Below are positions 19,556-29,954 of a stretch of DNA of 64,000 nucleotides, one piece after another. Each line of letters starts with the position of its first letter. The first letter of the stretch is position 1. The DNA lies in NCBI GenBank assembly GCA_963749975.1, contig CAVVOZ010000037.1, positions 205,935 to 269,934 on the forward strand. The letters are read 5' to 3'. Made by a program: the position numbers and the translations under genes. Below the pieces are notes generated by a model. The model searched no databases. It saw nothing but the letters and a program-made list of their open reading frames with translations, and had not been told where the DNA came from. This DNA comes from an uncultured Candidatus Rokubacteria bacterium (GTDB lineage: Bacteria; Methylomirabilota; Methylomirabilia; Rokubacteriales; DASRDR01).

Positions 19556-20622
19556 CCGCCCTCGCGGCCTTCGCCAAGTATCACATCATGTTCAACGTGT
19601 TCCGGTACATCACGTTCCGGACCGCGATGGCCCTCGTGACGGCGCTCATCCTGTCCCTCTGCCTCGGGCCGTGGATGATCCGGAAGCTCCGCGAGCGCCA
19701 GATCGGCGAGACCATCCGCACCGACGGGCCGGAGCGCCACCGGGCCAAGGCCGGGACACCCACGATGGGCGGGCTCCTGATCCTGGGATCGCTCGTCGTC
19801 TCCGTGCTGCTCTGGGGCAACCTCCAGAACCGCTACGTATGGGTCCTGCTCCTCGTGACGGTCGCCCTGGGGGCGATCGGCTTCTACGACGACTGGCTCA
19901 AGCTCAGGACGCGGCGCCCGCTCAAGATCCGCGAGAAGTTCCTGGCCCAGCTCGCGGTCGGCCTGGCGGTCGGCCTGTACCTCTACCGGTTCCCTTCCGA
20001 CGGCGTCACGACCCAGCTGTCGGTGCCCTTCGCCAAGGAGTGGATCCCGGACCTCGGGCCCTGGTACATCCTCTTCGCCGCTCTGATCATCGTCGGCGCG
20101 TCCAACGCGGTGAACCTCACCGATGGGCTCGACGGGCTCGCCATGGGTCCTGTCATCGTCGCGGCGGTGGCCTTCGGGGTCATCGCCTACGTCACCGGCA
20201 ACGCACGACTGTCCGAGTACCTGTTCATCCTGAAGGTCCGGGGGGCGGGCGAGCTGACGGTGTTCTGCGGCGCCATGATGGGGGCCGGCGTCGGGTTCCT
20301 CTGGTTCAACAGCTACCCCGCCGAGGTCTTCATGGGCGACGTGGGGTCGCTGGCCCTGGGTGGGGCCATCGGCACGCTCGCCATCCTGTCGAAGGCGGAG
20401 CTGCTCCTGCCGTTCATCGGCGGCCTCTTCGTCGTGGAGGCGGTGTCGGTGATCCTCCAGGTGGCCTCGTTCCGCCTGACGGGCCGACGCATCTTCCGGA
20501 TGGCGCCGCTCCACCACCACTTCGAGCTGGCCGGATGGCCCGAGGCCAAGGTCGTGATCCGCTTCTGGATCCTGGCGCTGCTGATGGCGCTCCTGGCGCT
20601 CACGACGCTCAAGCTCCGATGA
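19549..20622 (+). CDS. mraY: phospho-N-acetylmuramoyl-pentapeptide transferase MraY
   Basis: GTG start overlapping the murF stop (GTGCTGA). 10 TM. NAVNLTDGLDGLA and HHHFE motifs. Confidence 0.95.
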   Translation: MLTALAAFAKYHIMFNVFRYITFRTAMALVTALILSLCLGPWMIRKLRERQIGETIRTDGPERHRAKAGTPTMGGLLILGSLVVSVLLWGNLQNRYVWVLLLVTVALGAIGFYDDWLKLRTRRPLKIREKFLAQLAVGLAVGLYLYRFPSDGVTTQLSVPFAKEWIPDLGPWYILFAALIIVGASNAVNLTDGLDGLAMGPVIVAAVAFGVIAYVTGNARLSEYLFILKVRGAGELTVFCGAMMGAGVGFLWFNSYPAEVFMGDVGSLALGGAIGTLAILSKAELLLPFIGGLFVVEAVSVILQVASFRLTGRRIFRMAPLHHHFELAGWPEAKVVIRFWILALLMALLALTTLKLR

Positions 20623-22043
20623 CGACCATGGCACTCGAGCACGCGCGTCCGGCGATTCTCCAGGCTGCGCGGGGGCGGCCCTGGCGGGAGGCCCTCGCCG
20701 GCCGGTCCGTGACCGTGGTTGGCCTGGCGCGGAGCGGCATCGCGGCGTGCCGGCTCCTGCTGGCGCTCGGGGCCCGCGTGACCGGCACCGACGCGCGCGC
20801 GGCGGACGCCCTCCCGGCCGAGGCGCGGGCCCTCGGGCCCGATGGCGTGCGGCTCGTCGTCGGCGGCCATCCAGCGGCGGCCTTCGAGGGGGCGGAGCTG
20901 GTGGTGGTGAGCCCCGGGGTGCCCGCCGATCACCCGGCGCTCGCCGGCTGCCGGGCGCGGGGTGTGCCGGTCCTGGGGGAGGTCGAGCTCGCGTACCGGA
21001 CGATGACCGCCGAGTTCGTCGCGATCACGGGCACCAACGGGAAGACCACGACGACGGCGCTGACCGGCGCGCTCCTCGCGGAATCCGGCCGGCCCGTCCT
21101 CGTCGGCGGGAACATCGGCCGCCCGCTCGCGGCCGAGGCGCTCCGCTTCCCGGCCACGGGGTGGGTCGTCGCGGAGGTCTCGAGCTTCCAGCTGGAGACC
21201 ACGGACGCCTTCCGGCCGCGCGTGGCGGCGGTCCTGAACGTCACGCCGGACCATCTGGATCGGCACGGAAGCCTCGCCGCCTACGCCGAGGCCAAGGCGC
21301 GGATCTTCCGCGCCCAGGGTCCCGAAGACTGGGCCGTGCTGAACGCGGACGATCCCGGCGCCGCGTCTCTCGCGCCGCGCGTGCGGGCGCGCCTGCTCTG
21401 GCTCAGCCGCCGGCAGCCGGTCACCCAGGGGGCGTGGGTCCGCGAGGGCTGGGTGACGCTCCGTCTCGGCACGGGGGACCGGCCGGTCTGCCCCGTCGAC
21501 GACATCTTCCTCCGCGGCGCCCACAACCTCGAGAACGTGCTCGCCGCGACGGCGTGCGCCGGCGCCCTCGGCGTGCCGCCCGATCGCCTCAGGGCGGCCA
21601 TCCGCGCCTTCCGGGCCGTGCCGCACCGACTCGAATGGGTGCGCGACCGGGGCGGCGTCGCCTTCTACAACGACTCGAAGGGCACGAACGTCGACGCCAC
21701 GCTGAAGGCCCTCGCGGCCTTCGCCGAGCCGATCGTGCTGATCGCCGGGGGGCGCGAGAAGGCCCAGCGCTTCGACGCGCTGGCCGACGCCGCGCGGGGA
21801 CGGGTCAAGGCCGCGATCGTGATCGGCGAGGGTCGCGCCACGCTGGGGCCCGCGCTCCGCGCCGTGACCCACGTCGAGGACGCGGCCTCCATGGCCGAGG
21901 CCGTGCGGCGCGCCGCCGCGCTCGCCGTGGCGGGCGATGTGGTCCTCCTCTCGCCTGCGTGCGCCTCGTTCGACATGTTCCGCGACTACGAGCACCGGGG
22001 TGCGGTGTTCGCGGAGGAGGTCCGGGCCCTCCCGGAGCCCTGA
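20619..22043 (+). CDS. murD: UDP-N-acetylmuramoylalanine--D-glutamate ligase MurD
   Basis: ATGA overlap with mraY. ITGTNGKTTTT P-loop. Mur ligase fold. Confidence 0.9.
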   Translation: MTTMALEHARPAILQAARGRPWREALAGRSVTVVGLARSGIAACRLLLALGARVTGTDARAADALPAEARALGPDGVRLVVGGHPAAAFEGAELVVVSPGVPADHPALAGCRARGVPVLGEVELAYRTMTAEFVAITGTNGKTTTTALTGALLAESGRPVLVGGNIGRPLAAEALRFPATGWVVAEVSSFQLETTDAFRPRVAAVLNVTPDHLDRHGSLAAYAEAKARIFRAQGPEDWAVLNADDPGAASLAPRVRARLLWLSRRQPVTQGAWVREGWVTLRLGTGDRPVCPVDDIFLRGAHNLENVLAATACAGALGVPPDRLRAAIRAFRAVPHRLEWVRDRGGVAFYNDSKGTNVDATLKALAAFAEPIVLIAGGREKAQRFDALADAARGRVKAAIVIGEGRATLGPALRAVTHVEDAASMAEAVRRAAALAVAGDVVLLSPACASFDMFRDYEHRGAVFAEEVRALPEP

Positions 22044-22046
22044 GCC

Positions 22047-23144
22047 ATGCCGCGCAAGATGAGTCCCGACTACTGGCTGTTCCTGGTGGTCCTGGCCCTC
22101 CTCGGGCTCGGCGTGGTGATGGTCTACTCGGCCAGCGCGATCCTCGCGACCGACCGCTTCCGGGACGCCCACTTCTTCCTCAAGAAGCAGCTCTTCTGGG
22201 CCGTGCTGGGGCTCGGCGTCATGTGGGGCGTGATGGCCGTCGACTATCGCCGGTGGCGCCCCCTGGTGAGCCCGCTCCTGGCGCTCGCCTTCGTGCTCCT
22301 CGTCCTCGTGCTGGTGCCGCCGTTCGGGCAGTCCATCAACGGGACGCGCCGGTGGCTCCGGTGGGGGCACTTCTCCGTGCAGCCGACGGAGCTCGCCAAG
22401 CTGGTCCTGGTCGTCTACCTGGCGGACTTCCTGGCCCGCCGGCAGGCCGTCATCGGGAGCCTGTGGCGCGGCGTCGTCCCGCCCCTGGTCGTGACGGGCG
22501 GCGTGGCCGGGCTGGTCCTCCTCCAGCCGGACCTCGGCTCCGCGGTGGCGATCGTGGGCGTGGTCCTCTGCATGATCTTCGTCGCCGGCGCCCGACTCGC
22601 TCACCTGGGACTGATCGGCGCCCTGGCCCTCCCCGTCGTGGTCGTGGCCGTGTTCACGGCGAGCTACCGGCTCCGGCGGGTGCTCACGTTCCTCGACCCC
22701 TGGGCCGACCCGCGGGGAGCGGGGTTCCAGATCATCCAGTCCTATCTCGCGCTCGGCGGCGGCGGACTCCTCGGGCGCGGCCTCGGGGAGTCGAAGCAGA
22801 AGCTCTTCTACCTCCCCGAGCCCCACACCGACTTCATCTTCGCGATCCTCGGCGAGGAGCTCGGATTCGTCGGCGCGGTCGCGACCGTCGTCCTCTTCGG
22901 GCTCCTCCTGTGGCGCGGCATCCGGATCGGGCTGCGAGTCGCCGACCCGTTCGGCGCGCTCCTGGCGTTCGGGGTCTCCGCGCTCCTCGTCAATCAGGCG
23001 GTGGTCAACCTGGGCGTGGTCGTCGGGCTCTTCCCGACGAAGGGGCTGCCGCTTCCGTTCGTGTCATCGGGCGGGTCCTCGCTCCTGGTCGCGATGGCCG
23101 CGGTCGGCCTGCTCCTGAACGTCTCGCAGCGGGCCGAGGTCTGA
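22047..23144 (+). CDS. ftsW: peptidoglycan glycosyltransferase FtsW (SEDS family)
   Basis: 365 aa polytopic membrane protein with SEDS motifs (..FQPSELAK.., ..[11 protein letters not shown].., ..[10 protein letters not shown]..). Confidence 0.9.
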   Translation: MPRKMSPDYWLFLVVLALLGLGVVMVYSASAILATDRFRDAHFFLKKQLFWAVLGLGVMWGVMAVDYRRWRPLVSPLLALAFVLLVLVLVPPFGQSINGTRRWLRWGHFSVQPTELAKLVLVVYLADFLARRQAVIGSLWRGVVPPLVVTGGVAGLVLLQPDLGSAVAIVGVVLCMIFVAGARLAHLGLIGALALPVVVVAVFTASYRLRRVLTFLDPWADPRGAGFQIIQSYLALGGGGLLGRGLGESKQKLFYLPEPHTDFIFAILGEELGFVGAVATVVLFGLLLWRGIRIGLRVADPFGALLAFGVSALLVNQAVVNLGVVVGLFPTKGLPLPFVSSGGSSLLVAMAAVGLLLNVSQRAEV

Positions 23145-23148
23145 GGCG

Positions 23149-24582
23149 ATGACAGGGACGCGGGTCTTCAAGCGGTACCAGCAGATCCACTTCGTGGGCA
23201 TCGGCGGCGTGGGCATGAGCGGGCTCGCCGAGGTGATCCTGACGCTCGGCTACCGGGTGACGGGCTCGGATACCCGCCGCGGCGAGGCGGTCGAGCGGCT
23301 CGAGCGGCTCGGGGCGAAGATCCACGTGGGCCATGCGGCGGGCCACATCGAGGGCGCCCACGTGGTCGTCTACTCCTCGGCGGTGGCCCGCGACAACCCC
23401 GAGCTCCAGGCGGCCCGCCAGCGCGGGATCCCGGTGATCCCGCGGGCGGAGATGCTCGCCGAGCTCATGCGGGTCAAGCACGGGATCGCCATCGCCGGAA
23501 CGCACGGGAAGACGACGACGACCTCCATGGTCGGCGCCGTCCTGGCCGAGGCGGGATTCGACCCGACGCTCGTCGTGGGGGGACGCGTCACGGCGCTCGG
23601 CGCGAACGCGCGGCTCGGCCAGGGTGAGTTCCTGGTGGCGGAGGCCGACGAGTCCGACGGCTCGTTCCTCCGGCTCACCCCGACGATCGCCGTCGTCACG
23701 ACGATCGACGCCGAGCATCTCGACTACTATCGAGACCTCGCGGCCATCCGGGAGGCGTTCCTGTCGTTCGTGAACAAGGTGCCGTTCTACGGCGTGGCGG
23801 TTCTCTGCGCCGACCAGCCGGAGATCCAGGCGATCCTCCCGCGCGTGGAGAAGCGCGTCATCACCTACGGGCTGACCGCGCCCGCCGACCTGGTTGCCGC
23901 CTCGGTGCGGCTCAGCGAGCTGACCGCGCGCTTCGAGGTGCTCCACAAGGGAGACTCGCTCGGCGAGCTCCGGCTCCAGGTGCCGGGCGTCCACAACGTG
24001 GCCAACGCCCTGGCGGCGGCGGCCGTCGGGCTGGACCTCGAGGTGCCGTTCGCGGTCGTGCAGCGAGCGCTCGCCGCCTTCACGGGGGTCCAGCGGCGCT
24101 TCCAGGTCAAGGGCGAGGTGGGGGGGGTTCTGCTGGTCGACGACTACGGGCACCACCCGGCGGAGATCCGGGCGACCCTGGCCGCGGCCCGCCAGGGCTT
24201 CGCGCGCCGGCGCGTCGTGGTGTTCCAGCCCCACCGCTACACCCGGACGTTCCACCTGTACGACGAGTTTCTGGCGGCCTTCGACGATGCCGATGTGCTG
24301 ATCGTGACCGACATCTATCCGGCGGGCGAACCGCCGATCCCCGGGGTTCACGCCCGGAGCTTGGCCGAGGGGATCGGGGCGCGCAGCGGCCGCGATGTCC
24401 GATACGTGGGTGACCGGACCGAGGTGGTGGAGGCTCTCCTCCGCGCCATCCGGCCCGGCGACTTGGTCCTGACCCTCGGGGCCGGCGATGTGGGTGCGAT
24501 CGCGGACCAGCTGCGCGAGCGCCTGGCCACGCGCGACGCCTCGCCCGTCCCGGGCGGAGAAGGAGACCGGCATGCTAGGTGA
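23149..24582 (+). CDS. murC: UDP-N-acetylmuramate--L-alanine ligase MurC
   Basis: 477 aa. [17 protein letters not shown]-terminal Rossmann, [12 protein letters not shown]-loop, DESDGSF. Follows ftsW directly, with no murG in between. Confidence 0.9.
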   Translation: MTGTRVFKRYQQIHFVGIGGVGMSGLAEVILTLGYRVTGSDTRRGEAVERLERLGAKIHVGHAAGHIEGAHVVVYSSAVARDNPELQAARQRGIPVIPRAEMLAELMRVKHGIAIAGTHGKTTTTSMVGAVLAEAGFDPTLVVGGRVTALGANARLGQGEFLVAEADESDGSFLRLTPTIAVVTTIDAEHLDYYRDLAAIREAFLSFVNKVPFYGVAVLCADQPEIQAILPRVEKRVITYGLTAPADLVAASVRLSELTARFEVLHKGDSLGELRLQVPGVHNVANALAAAAVGLDLEVPFAVVQRALAAFTGVQRRFQVKGEVGGVLLVDDYGHHPAEIRATLAAARQGFARRRVVVFQPHRYTRTFHLYDEFLAAFDDADVLIVTDIYPAGEPPIPGVHARSLAEGIGARSGRDVRYVGDRTEVVEALLRAIRPGDLVLTLGAGDVGAIADQLRERLATRDASPVPGGEGDRHAR

Positions 24583-25447
24583 GATCCACGGCGAGGTGCG
24601 CTTCAAGGAGCCGCTCGCGTTCCACACGTCGCTCCGCTGTGGCGGGCCGGCGGACATCTTCATCATTCCGCAGGACGTCGACGACGTCCGGAAGACGCTG
24701 ATGTTCGCCGACAAGGAGAAGCTGCCCGTCGCCATCCTGGGGAGCGGACACAACACGCTGGTGCGGGACCGCGGCTATCGGGGCATCGTGCTGAAGATCG
24801 AGGGCTGCCTTGGCCGCATGGAGTTCCACGGCGAAGAGGTCACGATCGGCTGCGGCGCGGGTCTGTCGACGATGATCCGCGAAGCCGCTGCCATCGGGCT
24901 GGGCGGGATCGAGTGCCTGGTGGGCATCCCCGCGACGGTCGGGGGGGCGCTCGCCATGAACGCCGGCACCCACGACGGCGCCATCTGGGACTTCGTGTCA
25001 GCCGTGTACTTCCTTCACCCGGACGGGACGATCGGCGAGCTCAAGCCCGCGCCGGGGTTCACCTACCGCGCCTTCGCGCTACCGACCGGGGCGATCCTTC
25101 TGGGAGTCCGGATCCAGCTCCATCGGAAGCCGCAGAAGGAGATCATGGCCGAGATCCGCGCCCGTCTCAAGCAGAAGAAGTCGACGCAGCCCCTCGCCCT
25201 GGCCGCCGTCGGCTGCGTCTGGAAGAATCCCGACTACGATCACGCTGCACGGCTGCTCGAGAAGGCGGGCCTCCGGGGCAAGCGCGTGGGTGGCGCCGAG
25301 ATCTCCGCGAAGCACGCCAACTTCATCCTCAATCGTGGCGGAGCCACCGCGCAGGACGTCCTCGGCCTCCTGGAGCTCGCCTTCGATCGCGTGCACAGCC
25401 AGACGGGCATCCGGCTGACGTCGGAGCTCAGGATCCTGGGCGAGTGA
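24572..25447 (+). CDS. murB: UDP-N-acetylenolpyruvoylglucosamine reductase MurB
   Basis: RBS AAGGAGA upstream of ATG 24572 (overlaps the murC 3' end by 11 nt). FAD-binding MurB motifs ([26 protein letters not shown]). Confidence 0.9.
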   Translation: MLGEIHGEVRFKEPLAFHTSLRCGGPADIFIIPQDVDDVRKTLMFADKEKLPVAILGSGHNTLVRDRGYRGIVLKIEGCLGRMEFHGEEVTIGCGAGLSTMIREAAAIGLGGIECLVGIPATVGGALAMNAGTHDGAIWDFVSAVYFLHPDGTIGELKPAPGFTYRAFALPTGAILLGVRIQLHRKPQKEIMAEIRARLKQKKSTQPLALAAVGCVWKNPDYDHAARLLEKAGLRGKRVGGAEISAKHANFILNRGGATAQDVLGLLELAFDRVHSQTGIRLTSELRILGE

Positions 25448-25484
25448 TCTGCATGGCGCGCCTTCGCGGAGCGGCCGGGATCCC

Positions 25485-26522
25485 GTGAGCCCCCAGGGCG
25501 CCACAGGCCGCCACAGGCCGAAGGCCGTCGGAGCAGCTCCCTCAGAAGGGGGCCGTCCGATCAGTTCCCCCAACTCCCGCGCCCTGTCGGGGCCGCGGGC
25601 CCGCCCCGCGCCGCCCGCGGACCTGGCGTCCCGGTCGCGCCTCATCGGCAACCAGCGTCACCGTGCCCGGCTCGGGGGCCGGGCCCTCCGCGTGCTGCTG
25701 CGCGTGCTCGTTCTCGGCCTGACCCTGACGGGGCTGGGCGTGGCGGGCTTCGTGGCCCTGGATTGGGTGCGGCGGACACCGCTTCTGGCCACGCGCTCCG
25801 TCGAGATCGCCGGCGCGCGCCGGCTCGACGAGGCGACGGTGCGCGCGGCGGCGGCCATCGAGCCCGGGATGAACCTCTTCGCCGTCGATGTCGCGGCCAC
25901 CGAGGCCCGGGTCGCCGGACTTCCGGGGGTCCGCCGCGCTCACGTCGTGCGCCACCTGCCGGGCCGGGTGACCGTGCTCCTGGAGGAGCGCGAGCCCTAC
26001 GCGCTCGTCAATGCCGGTGGGCTCCACTGGGTCGATGCCGAGGGCTACCTGGTCACCACGGACGCCCGGCCCGGGGCCACCGGCCTGCCGATCCTGACGG
26101 GCATCGGCGCGCCCGTTTCCGGGACGACCGCGCCGTCCGAGGGCCTTCGCGCGGGGCTGGCGCTGCTGCACGTGCTGCAGCGCACGTCCGGCCGTCTCGC
26201 CGCACGGGTCTCCGAGGTCGATCTCGCCCGTGCCCACGGCCCGGTGCTCTACCTGGTCGACGGGATCGAGGTCCGGCTGGGGACCGACGCCTGGAGCGAC
26301 CGGCTGGCGCGACTCGACGGGGTCCTCGGCGAGCTCGACGCCCGTGGGGAGCGCGTGGCCTCCATAGATCTCCGGTTCCGGGATCAGGTCGTGCTCACGC
26401 CTCACAGCCCGGCGCCTCCGGTCGGCCCGGCCCGGACGCCGGCCGCCGCGAGCCGGCGCCGGGCGGTCGGGGATCCCGCCACTCTCGCGATGCCGGCCGC
26501 GGCTGGCCTGGAGCGACGCTGA
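25485..26522 (+). CDS. ftsQ: cell division protein FtsQ (POTRA domain); true start probably downstream of annotated GTG
   Basis: TM (LRVLLRVLVLGLTLTGLGVAGFVAL) followed by POTRA (VEIAGARRLDEATVRAAAAIEPGMNLFAVDV...). The first 80 codons of the longest ORF overlap repeat copy A and are Arg/Pro-rich. A start near 25650-25700 is more plausible. Confidence 0.75.
   Translation: MSPQGATGRHRPKAVGAAPSEGGRPISSPNSRALSGPRARPAPPADLASRSRLIGNQRHRARLGGRALRVLLRVLVLGLTLTGLGVAGFVALDWVRRTPLLATRSVEIAGARRLDEATVRAAAAIEPGMNLFAVDVAATEARVAGLPGVRRAHVVRHLPGRVTVLLEEREPYALVNAGGLHWVDAEGYLVTTDARPGATGLPILTGIGAPVSGTTAPSEGLRAGLALLHVLQRTSGRLAARVSEVDLARAHGPVLYLVDGIEVRLGTDAWSDRLARLDGVLGELDARGERVASIDLRFRDQVVLTPHSPAPPVGPARTPAAASRRRAVGDPATLAMPAAAGLERR
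25501..25590 (+). repeat. Copy A of intergenic repeat family (CCACAGGCCGCCACAGGCCGAAGGCCGT ... CGATCAG ... AACTCCCGC ... CGGGGCCGC)
   Basis: Near-identical 28-nt core shared with 52973-53000 and with 4602-4650 (reverse orientation). Further blocks (cgatcag, aactcYcgc, cggggccgc) are shared with copy B. Located between murB and ftsQ. Confidence 0.6.
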
Positions 26523-26524
26523 CG

Positions 26525-27775
26525 GTGCGTAGGACACAGAGCATCATCACGGGACTCGACGTGGGGACGACCAAGATCTGTGCCGTCATCGGCGAGGTGA
26601 CCCCGACCGGGGTCGACGTGATCGGCATCGGCCAGCACCCCTCGCGGGGGCTTCGAAAGGGTGTCGTCGCGAACGTCGAGTCGACGGTCGAGGCCATCAA
26701 GCGCGCGATCTCCGAGGCGGAGCAGGTGGCCGGGGTAGAGGTGGACGCCGTCTACGTGTCGATCGGCGGCGGGCACATCCGGGGGGTCAACAGCCAGGGC
26801 GTCGTGGCGATCCAGGGGCGCACCCGCGAGGTCACCGCCATCGACGTCGCGCGCGCGGTGGACGCCGCCCGGGCGGTGAGCCTGCCGCCCGACCGCGAGA
26901 TCCTCCACGCGCTCACTCAGGGCTTCACCGTCGACGATCAGGACGGCATCCGGGAACCGATCGGGATGCTCGGGAGCCGGCTGGGGGTCTCGGTCCACCT
27001 CGTCGCCGGGGCGGCCACCGCGGTCCAGAACGTGGTGCGGAGCGTCAACCGGGCCGGCCTGAAGGTGGAGGACGTCGTGCTGCAGGCGCTCGCCTCGGGC
27101 GAGTCGGTCCTCACGCCCGACGAGCGGGAGCTGGGGGTTCTCCTGATCGACGTGGGCGGCGGCACGACGGACGTCGCGCTGTTCCGGGACGGCGCCGTGT
27201 GGCACACGGCGGTGATTCCGCTCGGCGGCGACCACATCACCAACGACATCGCCGTGGGGCTGCGGACGCCGCCGCCGTCGGCCGAGGAGCTCAAGAAGCT
27301 CTTCGGGTGCGCCCAGGCGAGCCTCGTCCTCGAGGACGAGACGGTCGAGGTGCCGTCGATCGGCGGCCGCAAGCCGAGGGTCTTGTCGCGGCAGACCCTG
27401 GCCCGCATCGTCCAGGCGCGCGTCGAGGAGATCCTGACGCTCGTGGCCCGGGGCGTGAGCCAGGCGGGGCTTGACGACGCGGCGACCGCGGGCGCGGTGG
27501 TCACCGGAGGCGCGACGATCATGGAAGGCGTGCCGGAGCTGGCGGAGACGATCCTCGACCTGCCGGTCCGGCGTGGCATTCCGAAGTGGGTCGGAGGGCT
27601 CTACGAGCAGGTGGAGAGCCCCGGGTTCGCGACCGCGGTGGGCCTGGTCCTCACCGGCGCTCGCCGGGACCGCCCACCGACCGCGGCGGGCCGGCTGCCC
27701 GGGCTGGGCGAAGGGTGGCCCGGGGTGGGCCGGACCGCGCGCCGCGTCCGCGAGTGGCTCCGGGAGATCTTCTGA
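26525..27775 (+). CDS. ftsA: cell division protein FtsA
   Basis: GTG start. [17 protein letters not shown] actin-fold phosphate-1 motif. [15 protein letters not shown] phosphate-2. SHS2 insert. Confidence 0.9.
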   Translation: MRRTQSIITGLDVGTTKICAVIGEVTPTGVDVIGIGQHPSRGLRKGVVANVESTVEAIKRAISEAEQVAGVEVDAVYVSIGGGHIRGVNSQGVVAIQGRTREVTAIDVARAVDAARAVSLPPDREILHALTQGFTVDDQDGIREPIGMLGSRLGVSVHLVAGAATAVQNVVRSVNRAGLKVEDVVLQALASGESVLTPDERELGVLLIDVGGGTTDVALFRDGAVWHTAVIPLGGDHITNDIAVGLRTPPPSAEELKKLFGCAQASLVLEDETVEVPSIGGRKPRVLSRQTLARIVQARVEEILTLVARGVSQAGLDDAATAGAVVTGGATIMEGVPELAETILDLPVRRGIPKWVGGLYEQVESPGFATAVGLVLTGARRDRPPTAAGRLPGLGEGWPGVGRTARRVREWLREIF

Positions 27776-27849
27776 TGGGACGGGGACGCCGTAAGCGAAA
27801 GCAAGATCCGGCCGTCGGGGAACGCCGGCCGAAAGGGGGAGAGGGAACG

Positions 27850-29040
27850 ATGCGGGAGGAGCTCATCTTCCGGCTCGAGGAAGAAGATCGGGAACTCGCG
27901 GCGAAGATCCGGGTCGTCGGGCTCGGAGGCGGCGGGTCGAACGCCGTGAACCGGATGATCAGCTCGCGCTTCACCGGCGTGACGTTCGCGGTGGCCAATA
28001 CCGACGCCCAGGCCCTCCGCGCGTCCCCGGCCCAGATCAAGATCCAGCTCGGCACCAAGCTCACCGGCGGGCTCGGCGCCGGCTCCGACCCCGAGGTCGG
28101 CCGCCGCGCCGCGAGCGAGGACCGGGAGCTCCTCCAGGAGACCTTGACCGGCGCCGACATGGTCTTCATCACGGCCGGGATGGGTGGCGGCACCGGCACC
28201 GGCGCCGCGCCCGTGGTCGCCGCGATCGCCAAGGAGCTCGGCGCGCTCACGGTCGCCTGCGTCACGAAGCCGTTCCAGTTCGAGGGACCCCGGCGCATGC
28301 GCCAGGCGGAAGCCGGGATCCAGGAGCTCCGGGGGATCGTCGACACGCTGCTCACGATTCCCAACCAGCGGCTCCTCACGGTCGTCGAGAAGGGCACGTC
28401 GCTGCAGGAGGCGTTCAAGGTCGCCGACTCGGTTCTGCAGCAGGCGGTGCAGGGCATCTCGGACCTCATCCTGGTCCCGGGCCTCATCAACCTCGACTTC
28501 GCCGACGTGCGCACGATCATGTCGGGAATGGGCATGGCGCTCATGGGTACCGGGATCGGGCGGGGCGAGCATCGCGCCGTCGACGCGGCCCAGAAGGCGA
28601 TCGCGAGCCCGCTTCTCGAGGAGACGTCGATCCAGGGCGCGCGCGGAGTCCTGATCAACATCACCGGCGGCTCGGACCTCACGCTCCACGAGGTGAACGA
28701 GGCGGCCAGCACGGTGGCGGAAGCGGCCGAGGGTGACGCCAACATCATCGTCGGCGCCGTGGTGGACGAGGCTCTCGGGGACGAGATCCGCGTCACGGTC
28801 ATCGCGACCGGGTTCGACGATGCGCGCGGGGCCATGCACCCGCTCGCGTCGGCCGCGAGTGCGGGAGCGGCCGCGGGCGCGGCGCCGGGCGCGCGGACCG
28901 TCGACCTGAAGGCGTACCGCGGGGGCGATCGACCGTCGCCGTGGCGGCGACCGCGCGCGGATGGCGTCCGCGCGGACGGGCTCGAGGGAATGGCCGACGA
29001 CCTCGACATCCCCGCGTTCCTCCGGCGGCAGGCCGACTGA
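27850..29040 (+). CDS. ftsZ: cell division GTPase FtsZ
   Basis: RBS GGGAGAGGGAACG-ATG. GGGTGTG tubulin signature ([14 protein letters not shown]). NTD-QAL motif. Confidence 0.95.
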   Translation: MREELIFRLEEEDRELAAKIRVVGLGGGGSNAVNRMISSRFTGVTFAVANTDAQALRASPAQIKIQLGTKLTGGLGAGSDPEVGRRAASEDRELLQETLTGADMVFITAGMGGGTGTGAAPVVAAIAKELGALTVACVTKPFQFEGPRRMRQAEAGIQELRGIVDTLLTIPNQRLLTVVEKGTSLQEAFKVADSVLQQAVQGISDLILVPGLINLDFADVRTIMSGMGMALMGTGIGRGEHRAVDAAQKAIASPLLEETSIQGARGVLINITGGSDLTLHEVNEAASTVAEAAEGDANIIVGAVVDEALGDEIRVTVIATGFDDARGAMHPLASAASAGAAAGAAPGARTVDLKAYRGGDRPSPWRRPRADGVRADGLEGMADDLDIPAFLRRQAD

Positions 29041-29115
29041 CGGTCAGCGAACCGATCCTCTCGCGCCGCCGCGGGCCGCCTGACGGGCGCCGGCGCGGGC
29101 GGCCGGGATCGACCC

Positions 29116-29892
29116 ATGGTCAGCTGGCACGGGGAGCCGCCCACGCACGCCGTGCTGCCGGCGCTCGCGGAGGCGGGCGTGCGGCACGCCTTCACGACGC
29201 GCCACCAGGGGAGCTTCGACGCCGTCTCGGCGCCGGCCGGCCCGTTCGGGAGTGAGCGGCGGTGGCCCGCCCTCGCGGCCCTCGGCCTCGAGCCGGGCAG
29301 CGTCAGGTACGCGCGGCAGGTCCACGGCGACGTCTGTCTCGACGCGGATGCGACGGACGTGGGCGGCCTGGTCGGCACCGGCGACGCCCTGTTCACCCGC
29401 CGGCGGGCGCGGCCGCTGGCGATCTTCACGGCCGACTGCGTGCCGCTGATCGTCGTCGACCGGGAGCGGCCGGCCCTCGGGATGGCGCACGCCGGCTGGC
29501 GGGGCACCGTGCAGGGGATCGCGGGCCGGCTCGTCGCGGCGCTCGTCGAGCGGGCCGGCGCGCGTGCGGACCGGCTCCAGGCCGCGATCGGGCCGTCCAT
29601 CGGCCCCTGCTGCTACGAGGTCGACGAGCCCGTGGTCGGCCCCCTGCGCGCGGCCTTCCCGTCGGCGTGGGAGCGATGGGTGCGTCCGGCCGGTCCGGAG
29701 CGCCCGGATCGCCGAGATCGCTGGTGGCTGGACCTGTGGGCGGCCAATGCCGATCAGCTGGCGGCGGCCGGTGTGCCTCCGGGCGCGATCCTGAGCCCGC
29801 AGCTGTGCACCGGCTGCCGACGGGACCTCTTCTTCTCGTACCGGAAGGAAGGCCTCGCGGGGCGCCTCGCGACGCTCGCCCTGCTCGACTAG
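29116..29892 (+). CDS. pgeF: peptidoglycan editing factor PgeF (YfiH/DUF152 laccase-domain protein)
   Basis: 258 aa. Conserved His/Cys triad region (..VHGDV.., ..TADCVPL.., ..HAGWRG.., ..CTGC). Canonical position after ftsZ. Confidence 0.85.
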   Translation: MVSWHGEPPTHAVLPALAEAGVRHAFTTRHQGSFDAVSAPAGPFGSERRWPALAALGLEPGSVRYARQVHGDVCLDADATDVGGLVGTGDALFTRRRARPLAIFTADCVPLIVVDRERPALGMAHAGWRGTVQGIAGRLVAALVERAGARADRLQAAIGPSIGPCCYEVDEPVVGPLRAAFPSAWERWVRPAGPERPDRRDRWWLDLWAANADQLAAAGVPPGAILSPQLCTGCRRDLFFSYRKEGLAGRLATLALLD

Positions 29893-29954
29893 GGCCGCGC
29901 CGCTTGAGGCGGCGTGGCGCCGGGCGGGCGAACCCGCTACAATACCGGCGCGTC

